This document shows, piece by piece, positions 41,188-50,434 of a stretch of 64,000 bases of DNA (position 1 is the stretch's first letter; each line of letters starts with the position of its first letter). The DNA comes from Calditrichaceae bacterium (GTDB lineage Bacteria > Calditrichota > Calditrichia > Calditrichales > JBFXGD01). The notes beneath the pieces are model-generated. The model had not been told where the DNA came from and ran no database searches. It saw only the letters and a list, made by a program, of their open reading frames with translations. Where the stretch lies: assembly GCA_050178385.1 (NCBI GenBank), contig JBFXGD010000001.1, positions 1 through 64,000 on the forward strand. The letters run 5' to 3'. The position numbers and the translations under genes are program-made.

Positions 41188-41820
41188 ATGGAATTTACAA
41201 ATTTAACAATACTTGATCACCCTCTTATTCAGCAAAAATTATATTATATTCGTGATAAAAACACCAATAATCTGAATTTTCGTTCCATGCTCAATGAAAT
41301 ATCGGGATTGATGGTCTATGAAGTAACAAGAAACTTACCCGTGACAAATAGGGAAGTTATAACACCTATGGAGAATACGATCGGCAGCGTACTTGAACGG
41401 CCGGTAACACTTGTGCCGATACTGAGAGCCGGGCTTGCTATGTGCGATGGCATTCTGAGTTTAATTCCGCACGCCCGGGTCGGGCATATCGGTTTGTATC
41501 GTGATAAAGAAACTCTCAGGCCGGTAGAGTATTATTTAAAATTTCCCAGTGATATTGCGGAATCCGAAATAATAGTTATCGATCCAATGCTCGCGACCGG
41601 CGGGAGCGCATCCGCTGCCATAGATTATGTAAAAGAGCGCGGAGGTCATTCAATTTTGTTTGTATGTCTCGTTGCAGCGCCTGAAGGGGTTCGTTATTTA
41701 GAAGAACATCATCCCGATGTTCCCATTTATGCGGCGGCTTTAGACAGGGAACTTAATGATCATGGATATATTTTGCCGGGGCTTGGCGACGCGGGAGACA
41801 GGATATACGGAACTGAATAA
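41188..41820 (+). CDS. upp: Uracil phosphoribosyltransferase
   Basis: VPILRAG, IDPMLATGGS, YILPGLGDAGDR. Confidence 0.96.
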   Translation: MEFTNLTILDHPLIQQKLYYIRDKNTNNLNFRSMLNEISGLMVYEVTRNLPVTNREVITPMENTIGSVLERPVTLVPILRAGLAMCDGILSLIPHARVGHIGLYRDKETLRPVEYYLKFPSDIAESEIIVIDPMLATGGSASAAIDYVKERGGHSILFVCLVAAPEGVRYLEEHHPDVPIYAAALDRELNDHGYILPGLGDAGDRIYGTE

Positions 41821-41832
41821 TTATTGACAAGG

Positions 41833-43476
41833 TCAGGCGATACAAACTCTGTTTCTGCCTGACTTTTTCGCTTTATAGAGAGCCTGATCAGCGCGTTCGA
41901 TAAGATCCTCCATATCGGTTCCGTCATCAGGAAAATTAGCCAGACCGATACTGACTGTCAGTTTTCCAAGAGGCTGATATTGCTGCAGGTTGAATTCGAA
42001 ATCTTCTATTAAGTTGTGAAGCTTTTGGGCAATCCAGATGGCGTTCTGTTTATCCAGACCCGGAAGTATAATTACAAATTCTTCCCCTCCGTATCTCGCT
42101 ACCGTATCAATACTCCTGGTGTTCTCTGACAGAATTAGGCTGACCTGACAGAGAATTTTATCTCCTTCGGGATGCCCGTGACGGTCATTGTAATCCTTAA
42201 AATGATCGATATCGATGATCAAAAGGGAAAATGGGGTTCTGAAACGCTTTCCGCGATTCATTTCCCGTTCCAGCTGCTGTATAAAATAGCGGTAATTGTA
42301 TATTTTCGTGAGCCCGTCGGTGATTGCCTGTTGTTCCTTTATCTTATACAATTTCATCAATTTATGATAGAGAATCATATTTTCATAAATAATTCCGATG
42401 GTTTGAATAAAGGATTTTAGAATCCGTACTTCGTATGTTGCAAAATCCTGTTCTGTTTTACCCTTATCTATAAAGATTAAATAACGTTTTGGCATCTGCA
42501 GCTCGAGTTTCTCGTCGGACGTCACATTTGACGCGATATTCGCAAATATTTCAGTGGTCTCTTTTTTTACAGCCAGATTAGATAGATTGCCTAAAATAAA
42601 TGACTCTGTCTGCAAATTTTTTGCGAGGCTCAAGAGTGATGGTTCAAGGATTTCAGAGAGATTTTTGATCCAGATAATTCCGCCGTCGTTTTTAAGATAT
42701 GTCAAAAATTCAGGCTTATATTTAAAACTTTTCTTATGAATTGATGGACCCGTGACGCCTTCGAATGAAAAGGGGATGAGCCTCCTCTTAACAGTGTCAA
42801 GCTCAAAAGAAATACACCTGTCAACCTTAAAACCCTCAATAATTTTTTCAGGCAGTATTTTCAGAAGCGCTGCCGGATCTCTTTGTGTCCTCAAAAAATT
42901 AGCCACGTTGTTAAGATAAAATAACCGGTCATTGTACCGGGCAAGATCCTGATGTGACTCATACAATTCTTTGTTGACCTTTGTAAGATTTTCATTGAGA
43001 GATTCCAATTCAAGAAGTTTTCTGCGTAATTTCTCAACAAGCTGGACATTATACTTCTGTAAAAATTTCTTTTCTTTTTCAGGTGAGATAAAATCTTTTT
43101 TACCGGAAAGATATTCTTCGATCTTAAATAAAAACTCGGTGACATTTATAGGTTTTGAGATATAACCGTCGCACCCCGCGGCGAGAGTTAAGTTCCTGGC
43201 ATCACGATGCATTTCTCCTGTCAGGGCTATTATGGGTGTGTCCTTGATATCCGACAGACTTTTTAAATGGGTAGTGACCTCGTATCCCTGCATATCGGGC
43301 AGTCGTAAATCCACAAGAATTAAATCCGGTTTATGTTCAATGGCCATCTGGATACCATCCAGACCCCGGGCAGCCTCATAAAACTGATAGCCTTTATACC
43401 TGATGATATCAGCCATTAATGATCTGGTTTCCGGATCGTCCTCGATATAGAGTATTTTTTTTGTGTCGATACTCAT
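41833..43476 (-). CDS. Response-regulator diguanylate cyclase (REC, coiled coil, GAF-like, GGDEF)
   Basis: REC: IEDD, LILVD, ALTG, KP. GGDEF: TDGLT..YNYR, DIDHFK, RSID I-site, RYGGEEF, ADQALY. Confidence 0.92.
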   Translation of the reverse strand: MSIDTKKILYIEDDPETRSLMADIIRYKGYQFYEAARGLDGIQMAIEHKPDLILVDLRLPDMQGYEVTTHLKSLSDIKDTPIIALTGEMHRDARNLTLAAGCDGYISKPINVTEFLFKIEEYLSGKKDFISPEKEKKFLQKYNVQLVEKLRRKLLELESLNENLTKVNKELYESHQDLARYNDRLFYLNNVANFLRTQRDPAALLKILPEKIIEGFKVDRCISFELDTVKRRLIPFSFEGVTGPSIHKKSFKYKPEFLTYLKNDGGIIWIKNLSEILEPSLLSLAKNLQTESFILGNLSNLAVKKETTEIFANIASNVTSDEKLELQMPKRYLIFIDKGKTEQDFATYEVRILKSFIQTIGIIYENMILYHKLMKLYKIKEQQAITDGLTKIYNYRYFIQQLEREMNRGKRFRTPFSLLIIDIDHFKDYNDRHGHPEGDKILCQVSLILSENTRSIDTVARYGGEEFVIILPGLDKQNAIWIAQKLHNLIEDFEFNLQQYQPLGKLTVSIGLANFPDDGTDMEDLIERADQALYKAKKSGRNRVCIA

Positions 43477-43639
43477 GGATCTCTGATTATTTTGATGGTC
43501 TGGATATGACAGCCGAACAAGAATGCAAACAATTTTACCGGAATTCGGATTTTCAATTCAAGAAAGTAAACTATCCTGGTTAAAAAATCAAGCAGGATCG
43601 CTTGCAGGGGACATTTATTTATTAAATATCCCTTGTTGC

Positions 43640-45556
43640 TCAGAGATGTTTGCAAATCAACAAAGTAATATCGTCTGCCGGATTTTCAAATTCAGCAAAA
43701 TCTCTCAGTGCATTAGTGATTTCTTGTTTAATCTGATGCACTGACATCTCTTGATTGGATTTAACGATTTCAATAATGCGGTTTTCTCCAAATTCTTCCT
43801 CAAGATGATTCATGGTTTCGCTGACGCCATCGGTATAAGCGACAAGAATATCACCTTGTTTAAATTCAACCTCTTCCTGGATATAATCCTGATCGCCTAT
43901 AAAACCGAGAACGATACCGCCTTTGGTGAGATGTTTAACCTCTCCGCCCGCACTGATTAGTATCGGGGGATTATGTCCGGCATTGGTATATATCACCTTA
44001 TGATTTTCCATGTCTATAATACCATAGAACAGTGTGGCGTATTTGCCTTCTATTGTGGTCTGACAGAGCAGATTGTTTAATCGGTTGACCACATCGCAGG
44101 CGGTCATAAAAGTCTTGTTTTGCGTGCGGAAGCCCGCGAGTATCAAAGTCATCATCAGTGCCGCTGGCGCGCCTTTGCCGGAAACATCACCGATAATAAA
44201 ACCGAGAGTAGTTTCATTGAATTTGATAACATCGTAGAGATCACCGCTTACGAGTTTACTTGGTATGTTCTCGGCCGTCAGCCGGAGATCTTTTAGTTTC
44301 GGAAGCTGTTTTATAAGTAAATCCCGCTGAACCATACTGGCGTTTATCAACTCATGTTCATAAGCTTGTTTTGCGAGTCTTATATCAAGCTGGCGGGCGT
44401 TGTGTATTGCTATAGCCGCCTGATTGGCAAAAATATTCAGTATGTCCACCTGGTTTTCGTTAAAGTAATTTAATTTGTTACTTTCCATGCATATGACCCC
44501 AAGAACAGTTTCTTCAAATATCATCGGAATAGAGATCTGGGATTTTGTATTTTTACGTATTTCGAGATAATGCTCTGACATACGAACATCATCAATGATG
44601 TCAATTTTTTTTGATTCAACGACCCAGCCGCAGGCGCCCTGGCCGACTTTAAGATGAAGCCGGTCGGCTACTCCTGAATCATAGCCCCGGCTGCTTGTGT
44701 TTAATAGATTTTTACCTGATTTATCCACAAGGAAAATGGCGGCGGCATCAAAATTAATCAATGACTGAAGAGAATTGAGTATAAAATCGAGAATATCTTT
44801 GGTATTTAAAGATGAAAGGATGCGCTGACTGACTTCAATCAGTTTACGTGTTTCAAAGTTTTTTTTCTCCAAATCAACAAAGAGTCCGGTGTTTTCAAGT
44901 ATTAATCCGCCCTTACGCTGTATTTTTTGGAATAGCAACCGGGTCGGTTTGTCCCGGTAAAAACGAACTTTTTTAATATTCACCAATAGAAAAGCAAATG
45001 TCTGATTATGGCCATGAAAAGGCAGCAGCGCGTATAATTTGGACTTTTTAAATTCAAGGGCAAAGGATTCCGGCAGCCGCAAGGTGGTGATATAATCTTC
45101 AATCAGAAGGGTTTCCGGCTGGATTGGTCTGAAGTATGAAGCGTCAAGACCAAGAGTCATCAACTCACCGTCATTCAGATTACCCGAGAAAGCCGGATAG
45201 AATTTGTTGTTCTCGAAGATATAAAAGGCATAAGCGACATCCCTGAATATTTTCTTAAACGAATCTTCAAGCTCATGCGTCACCTCGTGGTAGCGGAAGG
45301 AGCGGTTTAGCTTCATATTCAGGGTTTCGAGAGTCTGCTGAACATGATTGAGCAGATAATAGTAGTGCTTGTTTACAAATCGTCTGACAATCAGCTTTAA
45401 TTTATCATGAAACAGGATAATCAAGGCCAGTGTAATGGCTATCGGCGGCAGAAAAGACAGGTTGTCAGCTGCTGCCTGTACCAGATAAAGGAGTAATGTT
45501 AAGAGGAGATATATCAGATAGAGAATTATTGACTCAATAATATCATATTTCGACAA
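43640..45556 (-). CDS. Membrane-anchored GAF + SpoIIE/PP2C Ser phosphatase
   Basis: Two N-terminal TMs, GAF (GQGACGWV), VSGDLYD, IGDVSGKG, NAGH, YTDG, DDIT; TTG start follows AGGAG. Confidence 0.88.
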   Translation of the reverse strand: MSKYDIIESIILYLIYLLLTLLLYLVQAAADNLSFLPPIAITLALIILFHDKLKLIVRRFVNKHYYYLLNHVQQTLETLNMKLNRSFRYHEVTHELEDSFKKIFRDVAYAFYIFENNKFYPAFSGNLNDGELMTLGLDASYFRPIQPETLLIEDYITTLRLPESFALEFKKSKLYALLPFHGHNQTFAFLLVNIKKVRFYRDKPTRLLFQKIQRKGGLILENTGLFVDLEKKNFETRKLIEVSQRILSSLNTKDILDFILNSLQSLINFDAAAIFLVDKSGKNLLNTSSRGYDSGVADRLHLKVGQGACGWVVESKKIDIIDDVRMSEHYLEIRKNTKSQISIPMIFEETVLGVICMESNKLNYFNENQVDILNIFANQAAIAIHNARQLDIRLAKQAYEHELINASMVQRDLLIKQLPKLKDLRLTAENIPSKLVSGDLYDVIKFNETTLGFIIGDVSGKGAPAALMMTLILAGFRTQNKTFMTACDVVNRLNNLLCQTTIEGKYATLFYGIIDMENHKVIYTNAGHNPPILISAGGEVKHLTKGGIVLGFIGDQDYIQEEVEFKQGDILVAYTDGVSETMNHLEEEFGENRIIEIVKSNQEMSVHQIKQEITNALRDFAEFENPADDITLLICKHL

Positions 45557-45580
45557 AACTACTCCTTTGTTCTGGGCGTA

Positions 45581-45609
45581 AATATAGAGAAAACCCGGAT
45601 TATATTCAA
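45581..45609 (-). promoter_or_regulatory. Putative internal sigma70-type promoter for the third PP2C gene
   Basis: Minus-strand TTGAAT-N17-TATATT. Confidence 0.5.
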
Positions 45610-45638
45610 TAATTGATGGGTGGCGAACAAAGATTCTT

Positions 45639-47411
45639 TCAGGCTGATATATCTAATTTTAGGGTTAAAATGGTGACATCATCGTATTTGGTTGGATCAC
45701 CAGAATACTCTGTCAAAACATCATAAAGTTTCAGGTTTAGATCATGACTGTTGAATGCCGCCATATTTTCCTGGAAAAAACGGATCAGGGCCGGTTCGTC
45801 AAAGGGTTCTTCATCATCATTCATTGCTTCGGTGACGCCGTCGGTGAACATTGTCAGACATAGGGTATCTTTAAGATCCGCTTTCCCTGTCTCATAATGT
45901 ACATCCGGCATCATACCGAGAATTATTCCACCCTTATCCAAAGCGCTATAACTCCCGTCATGCTTAAACAAGTAGGGAGGATTGTGGCCCGCGTTAACAT
46001 ATTCCAGCTGATGGTTTTTAGTGTTTAATTTTGCTATAAAAAAAGTGATGTATTTATCGACCGATGTATTTTTATAGATCAGATTATTTAGTTTGGATGT
46101 GATTTCATCCAATTCATATTGTTCACCAGCCAGGGTCTGTAAACCCGCTTGCAGATTGGACATCAGGAGCGAGGCGGGCATCCCTTTTCCGGAAACATCC
46201 GCAATGGTCAGTATGTATACATCATGACTTATTTTGATGATATCGAAATAATCTCCGCCCACATGTTTACTTGGTATGTTAAGGCCATGGATATCGTACC
46301 CACTGATCACCGGCATGGATTTGGGTAAGAGCTGTACCTGAATTTTCTTTGCCAGGTTAAGTTCTTCTTCCATACGTTTTTTTTCCAGCATCTCCTGGAA
46401 AAGACGCGCGTTTTCTAAGGATATGATGGCGATGTTTGCCAGTGTCGACATAAAATCGATATTGGATTTGCTGAAGGGGCCTTTATCTAATTTTTCACCC
46501 AGAAATATAAATCCGCGAACCTGATCCTGATTTACCATAGGCGAAATTACACGAATCCCCAGATCATATAGTTCGGAATATTGATTTTGATCTTCGGAGA
46601 GAATCATAGGGGTACTGAAGTCGGGCAGATTTCGGCACTGATCGATGCATTTCCTGATGGCGGCATCATTAAATAATGATCCCTTTCTGTAGACGATCTC
46701 CAGTTTGCCGGCCACGTGCTGGGCAACAAAAAACTGGTTAACCAGCATTTGTCCCATGAGTGAATAGGACAGCTGCCGGAGAATTAGGTCCGTGTCAAAA
46801 AGCCGGTTTAGCTCGTTCCCTATTTCGAATAAGGTATTCAGTTCCTGAATTTTTTGATCAAGCTGCCTGTTTACCTGATTCAGCTCCTCAAATACCAGGG
46901 CATTTTCAATAGATGGCACAGCGATATTTGAAAGCGACGACAAAAATTCAATTTCCTCATCGGTATAATCTGATTTAACAAGCCGGGCTCCATAAGCGAC
47001 GATTCCTTTAAATTCACGCATGGAAGTCAACGGAAGAATCAATTCAATCTTGAATTTTTTAAAGAAGTCGATCCACTCTTCATCACCCTCATACCGGCTG
47101 ATCAGAAAAGGGTGTTTTGGTAAAGATGAGATAGATATTTCCTTGTCAATCAGCGAAAACGGCAGACCTTTCAGCGTCTCGACGCGGTAAACATCGGATT
47201 TTTGCTGAAATAAAACAAGACCCCTGCCGATCGCCATTCTTCCCATTGGCACAAGCAGAATGGTATCAAGAATAGATTTCAGATTCAGCGATGAGTTGAG
47301 AGTCTGGCTTATTTCAAATAGTGCGGAGAGTTCGAGCAGCCTTTTATCCAGTTCATCTGAATTTAATTCGTTTTGATGGCGGTGCCGAAAACTGTTAAGA
47401 TGGTTATTCAT
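45639..47411 (-). CDS. Cytoplasmic tandem-GAF + SpoIIE/PP2C Ser phosphatase (RsbU-like)
   Basis: Two repeated LFEI...IENA GAF units; VGGDYFD, IADVSGKG, NAGH, FTDG, DDVT. Confidence 0.9.
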   Translation of the reverse strand: MNNHLNSFRHRHQNELNSDELDKRLLELSALFEISQTLNSSLNLKSILDTILLVPMGRMAIGRGLVLFQQKSDVYRVETLKGLPFSLIDKEISISSLPKHPFLISRYEGDEEWIDFFKKFKIELILPLTSMREFKGIVAYGARLVKSDYTDEEIEFLSSLSNIAVPSIENALVFEELNQVNRQLDQKIQELNTLFEIGNELNRLFDTDLILRQLSYSLMGQMLVNQFFVAQHVAGKLEIVYRKGSLFNDAAIRKCIDQCRNLPDFSTPMILSEDQNQYSELYDLGIRVISPMVNQDQVRGFIFLGEKLDKGPFSKSNIDFMSTLANIAIISLENARLFQEMLEKKRMEEELNLAKKIQVQLLPKSMPVISGYDIHGLNIPSKHVGGDYFDIIKISHDVYILTIADVSGKGMPASLLMSNLQAGLQTLAGEQYELDEITSKLNNLIYKNTSVDKYITFFIAKLNTKNHQLEYVNAGHNPPYLFKHDGSYSALDKGGIILGMMPDVHYETGKADLKDTLCLTMFTDGVTEAMNDDEEPFDEPALIRFFQENMAAFNSHDLNLKLYDVLTEYSGDPTKYDDVTILTLKLDISA

Positions 47412-47413
47412 AA

Positions 47414-47857
47414 CTATGCGGATTTTTTGTTTAAGTATTTTATCATAGTGACCTGGTTTTTTGTGCCCGGATTAAATGTGTAATTTACCTCGTCCATGAT
47501 CGTCTTCATCAGATAAATACCCAAACCCCCCATTTTAGCTTCATGAATGTATTGTCGTAAATCGGGTTTTGGAAGTTTCGAAGGATCAAATCCTTTGCCT
47601 GTATCGGAGATGATAATTTCAATTTTTTCGTTATCCAGATATACAATAATGTCTATCATACGCCTTGAATCAAATTTATGCGCATGCTTAATGACATTTG
47701 TGCAGGCCTCATCTACGGCAAGAGCAATCTGATCCGAAGTGGACGGATCGAATCCCGTCTTCAACGCCAGGCGGTTTACGAATTCTCGGATGATCTCCAG
47801 ATTATCTGTCATACTTGGAAACCGGAGTTTGAATTTTTGTTTTCGACTTTTTTTCAT
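47414..47857 (-). CDS. RsbW/SpoIIAB-like Ser kinase (anti-sigma factor type, HATPase_c_2)
   Basis: LAVDEACTNVIKH (N box), DTGKGF (G1), GGLGIYL (G2). Confidence 0.92.
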   Translation of the reverse strand: MKKSRKQKFKLRFPSMTDNLEIIREFVNRLALKTGFDPSTSDQIALAVDEACTNVIKHAHKFDSRRMIDIIVYLDNEKIEIIISDTGKGFDPSKLPKPDLRQYIHEAKMGGLGIYLMKTIMDEVNYTFNPGTKNQVTMIKYLNKKSA

Positions 47858-47900
47858 ATCGGACTCTAATTAGGAATTCGAATTAATTTTACAAAAGTTG

Positions 47901-48254
47901 CTATTTAGCCTGAAAAAATTTTGATTTAGCCTGCGTTTCTTCATCGAAAATCTCGTAAAGTGATGGAAATCCAAGTAAGTCAAAAACTTTATATACTTTT
48001 GGTGATAAATTTGATAATTTAATATCACCTCCTTTTTCACGTATTTCTTCGATAAAACCCATAAATACTCCCAGGCCCGCACTGCTTATATAATCAAGCT
48101 TATGAAGGTTCACAATGATATTTACCCTTTCCTCCTTTAATAATCGATCGAGCGCATCCTCAAATTTGGGAGCTGTATGGGCATCAAGAAATCCAGCCAG
48201 ATGTAAGACTGAAATTTTTTCCTGATCATTTCGTGAAATTTCAAAACCACTCAT
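47901..48254 (-). CDS. STAS-domain protein (RsbV-like anti-anti-sigma)
   Basis: LAGFLDAHTAP, LDYISSAGLG; SD GGAGG. Confidence 0.92.
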   Translation of the reverse strand: MSGFEISRNDQEKISVLHLAGFLDAHTAPKFEDALDRLLKEERVNIIVNLHKLDYISSAGLGVFMGFIEEIREKGGDIKLSNLSPKVYKVFDLLGFPSLYEIFDEETQAKSKFFQAK

Positions 48255-48352
48255 TAATTACCTCCGGGACTGTAATAGGATAATTTATTCGAATAGCCTC
48301 CGCGGGGCGGGGGATACTTCTATCTGAATTTTTATCCCTATTATAAGCAATC

Positions 48353-50434
48353 TTAAATTTTTATCAAAATTAATGTTAAATCATCATGTAAGTTCTGGCC
48401 ATCCATGAATCCAAGAATCTCATCTATTATTTTATCTTTAATTTCTTCAACGCTCAGGTGATTATTATTCTTTACAACGTTACAAAGCCGTTCTTCTCCA
48501 AATTCATCGCCGTTGCCTGTCCTCGCTTCGGAAAGGCCGTCTGTAAAAAACACGAGGATATCATTCGGACAAAGCTTTACTTCCTGTTCTTCCAGCGTTT
48601 TATCAAAGATGTCGCCATTATCAAGCCCAACGGCGACACCGGATGGCTGGAGTAATGATGTCCGGTCTTCATTCGAATTATAATATAAAACAGGGCAGTG
48701 TCCCGCGCGGGCGAATCTCAATATGTTTGTTTTTGCATCCAGATGAGCGGCCAGAAGACTTATGAATGTCTTTTTCTCAAGTGACTCGTATAATATTTTA
48801 TTTGTATTTATCAGAATTTCTTTCGGAGATGTCTGATTTCTGATGAGGGATTGGATAATTCCCTTTGTTTCTGCCATATAGAACGCGGCGGATGTCCCTT
48901 TACCGCTCACATCACCGATTACCAATCCGAGTTCTGAATCGGGATATGTATAAAAATCGTAATAGTCACCGCCAACTTCATAGGCAGTGATCGTTAGTGT
49001 ATCAATTTGAAAATTCCCGACTTGCGGAATTTCCTGCGGCAGTAGTTTGAGCTGAACCTCACGGGCTATTTTTAGTTCCTGTTCCATCCGTTCACGTTCG
49101 AATGAATTTCGGAGAAGTTTTACATTTTCGAGAGCGATGGCGGCTTGATTGGCATAAGCCTCCAGCATGTTTACATCATCCGGGTCAAAGCCGAATACAT
49201 GGGTTTTAACCGCGTACAATATTCCCATAACCTGACCATTGGCGCCAAGAAGCGGGGCGCCGGCGAACGACCCGATTCCGTTTTTCAGAATTTTGATGTT
49301 CTGATATTCCTTGTTCTTGGTCAGATCATTCATTATGAGGGGTTTTTTATTTAGCAGAATTTGATTGCTTATTCTTTGATTGGTTTTTGAATTAAATTCC
49401 AGGAGCTCATCACCGTTTATGTGTTTTGATGCCGCGACATATAAATTTTCAGATCGCTCATCAAATAGTTCCAGCCATGTATAGGATGATTCTGTGACCT
49501 CGGCGGTCATTTCTGTTACCAATTGGACTAATTTTTCATGATCGTATTCGACCGACATAACTCTGCTCAAATGATGCAGGGATGAAACCTCTTTCATTTT
49601 GCGGTCAAACACCCTGGCTGTAGGGAGATGCAGCAGAAAATTCAAATTGGCAAAAATGGAATAAAACACAAGAAAATACCAGCTGATATTTGTAAAAACG
49701 GCTAATGAGAGACTATGGGCAGGTACAGAAACCTTGAATGCGAGATCGAAGAGGTATAAAACCGCCCAGATAAGCACAAATGAGATAAGAAAATAGTAAT
49801 ATTTTTCTTTTCGTGATAAATAAGTGATCCAGCTGTTCCTGGTGGATAGCCCGGCAAGGAATATTAATGTCCCTAAAAATGCAGCATTGTTAAATTTGCC
49901 GTTACCGGTAAAGCTAAGGTCGAGCGGCGTTTCAAAGACAACGGTTAAAATCATTGTTGCCAATGTTCCCGCGAGCGCGATGGCAATATAAAGATTTGTT
50001 CTTTTTCTGAATTTATAATGAAGCAGATTTTTAATACTGATCAGGATAGGCAACAGCAGAAGTATTGCCGCGAGGGAAACCAGGTTTGAATAAATCAGAC
50101 TGAGAAAGGTTTCAGGTTGCTGCGGAAATGTAGCCGGAGAGAAGCCGGGTGAAAGAGCCTGTTTCAGCACGATCACGAGAATGTATAATATCGCTAAATA
50201 TTTTATTATATTTTTTAGATTGGTTTGAACATCCGAAACCGAAAAAAAAGATTTTCTCTTTAGATAAAGGTAATATATATAAATAGTTAAAACAGAAAAG
50301 CTTTCATGAAAATAATTCCACGGCTGGATGTTTAAAGAACTGAAATACTGTATGATATCATAAGCAAACGTGATTAGGCTATCGAATACGATAATTCCAA
50401 TAAGAACTTGCGTTGGCAAATGTATCCGTTTCAT
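48353..50434 (-). CDS. Multi-TM sensor + GAF + SpoIIE/PP2C phosphatase
   Basis: About 8 N-terminal TM helices, GAF, VGGDYYD, IGDVSGKG, RAGH, FTDG, DDLT. Confidence 0.9.
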   Translation of the reverse strand: MKRIHLPTQVLIGIIVFDSLITFAYDIIQYFSSLNIQPWNYFHESFSVLTIYIYYLYLKRKSFFSVSDVQTNLKNIIKYLAILYILVIVLKQALSPGFSPATFPQQPETFLSLIYSNLVSLAAILLLLPILISIKNLLHYKFRKRTNLYIAIALAGTLATMILTVVFETPLDLSFTGNGKFNNAAFLGTLIFLAGLSTRNSWITYLSRKEKYYYFLISFVLIWAVLYLFDLAFKVSVPAHSLSLAVFTNISWYFLVFYSIFANLNFLLHLPTARVFDRKMKEVSSLHHLSRVMSVEYDHEKLVQLVTEMTAEVTESSYTWLELFDERSENLYVAASKHINGDELLEFNSKTNQRISNQILLNKKPLIMNDLTKNKEYQNIKILKNGIGSFAGAPLLGANGQVMGILYAVKTHVFGFDPDDVNMLEAYANQAAIALENVKLLRNSFERERMEQELKIAREVQLKLLPQEIPQVGNFQIDTLTITAYEVGGDYYDFYTYPDSELGLVIGDVSGKGTSAAFYMAETKGIIQSLIRNQTSPKEILINTNKILYESLEKKTFISLLAAHLDAKTNILRFARAGHCPVLYYNSNEDRTSLLQPSGVAVGLDNGDIFDKTLEEQEVKLCPNDILVFFTDGLSEARTGNGDEFGEERLCNVVKNNNHLSVEEIKDKIIDEILGFMDGQNLHDDLTLILIKI

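Noticed and set aside
41821..41832. Terminator between convergent upp and the DGC gene
   Set aside because: The gap is only 12 nt and contains no hairpin.
43473..43744. Small ORFs between the PP2C and DGC genes, and a possible c-di-GMP riboswitch
   Set aside because: The ORFs overlap real genes and lack features; I found no GEMM-type motif by eye. An Rfam scan would settle it.
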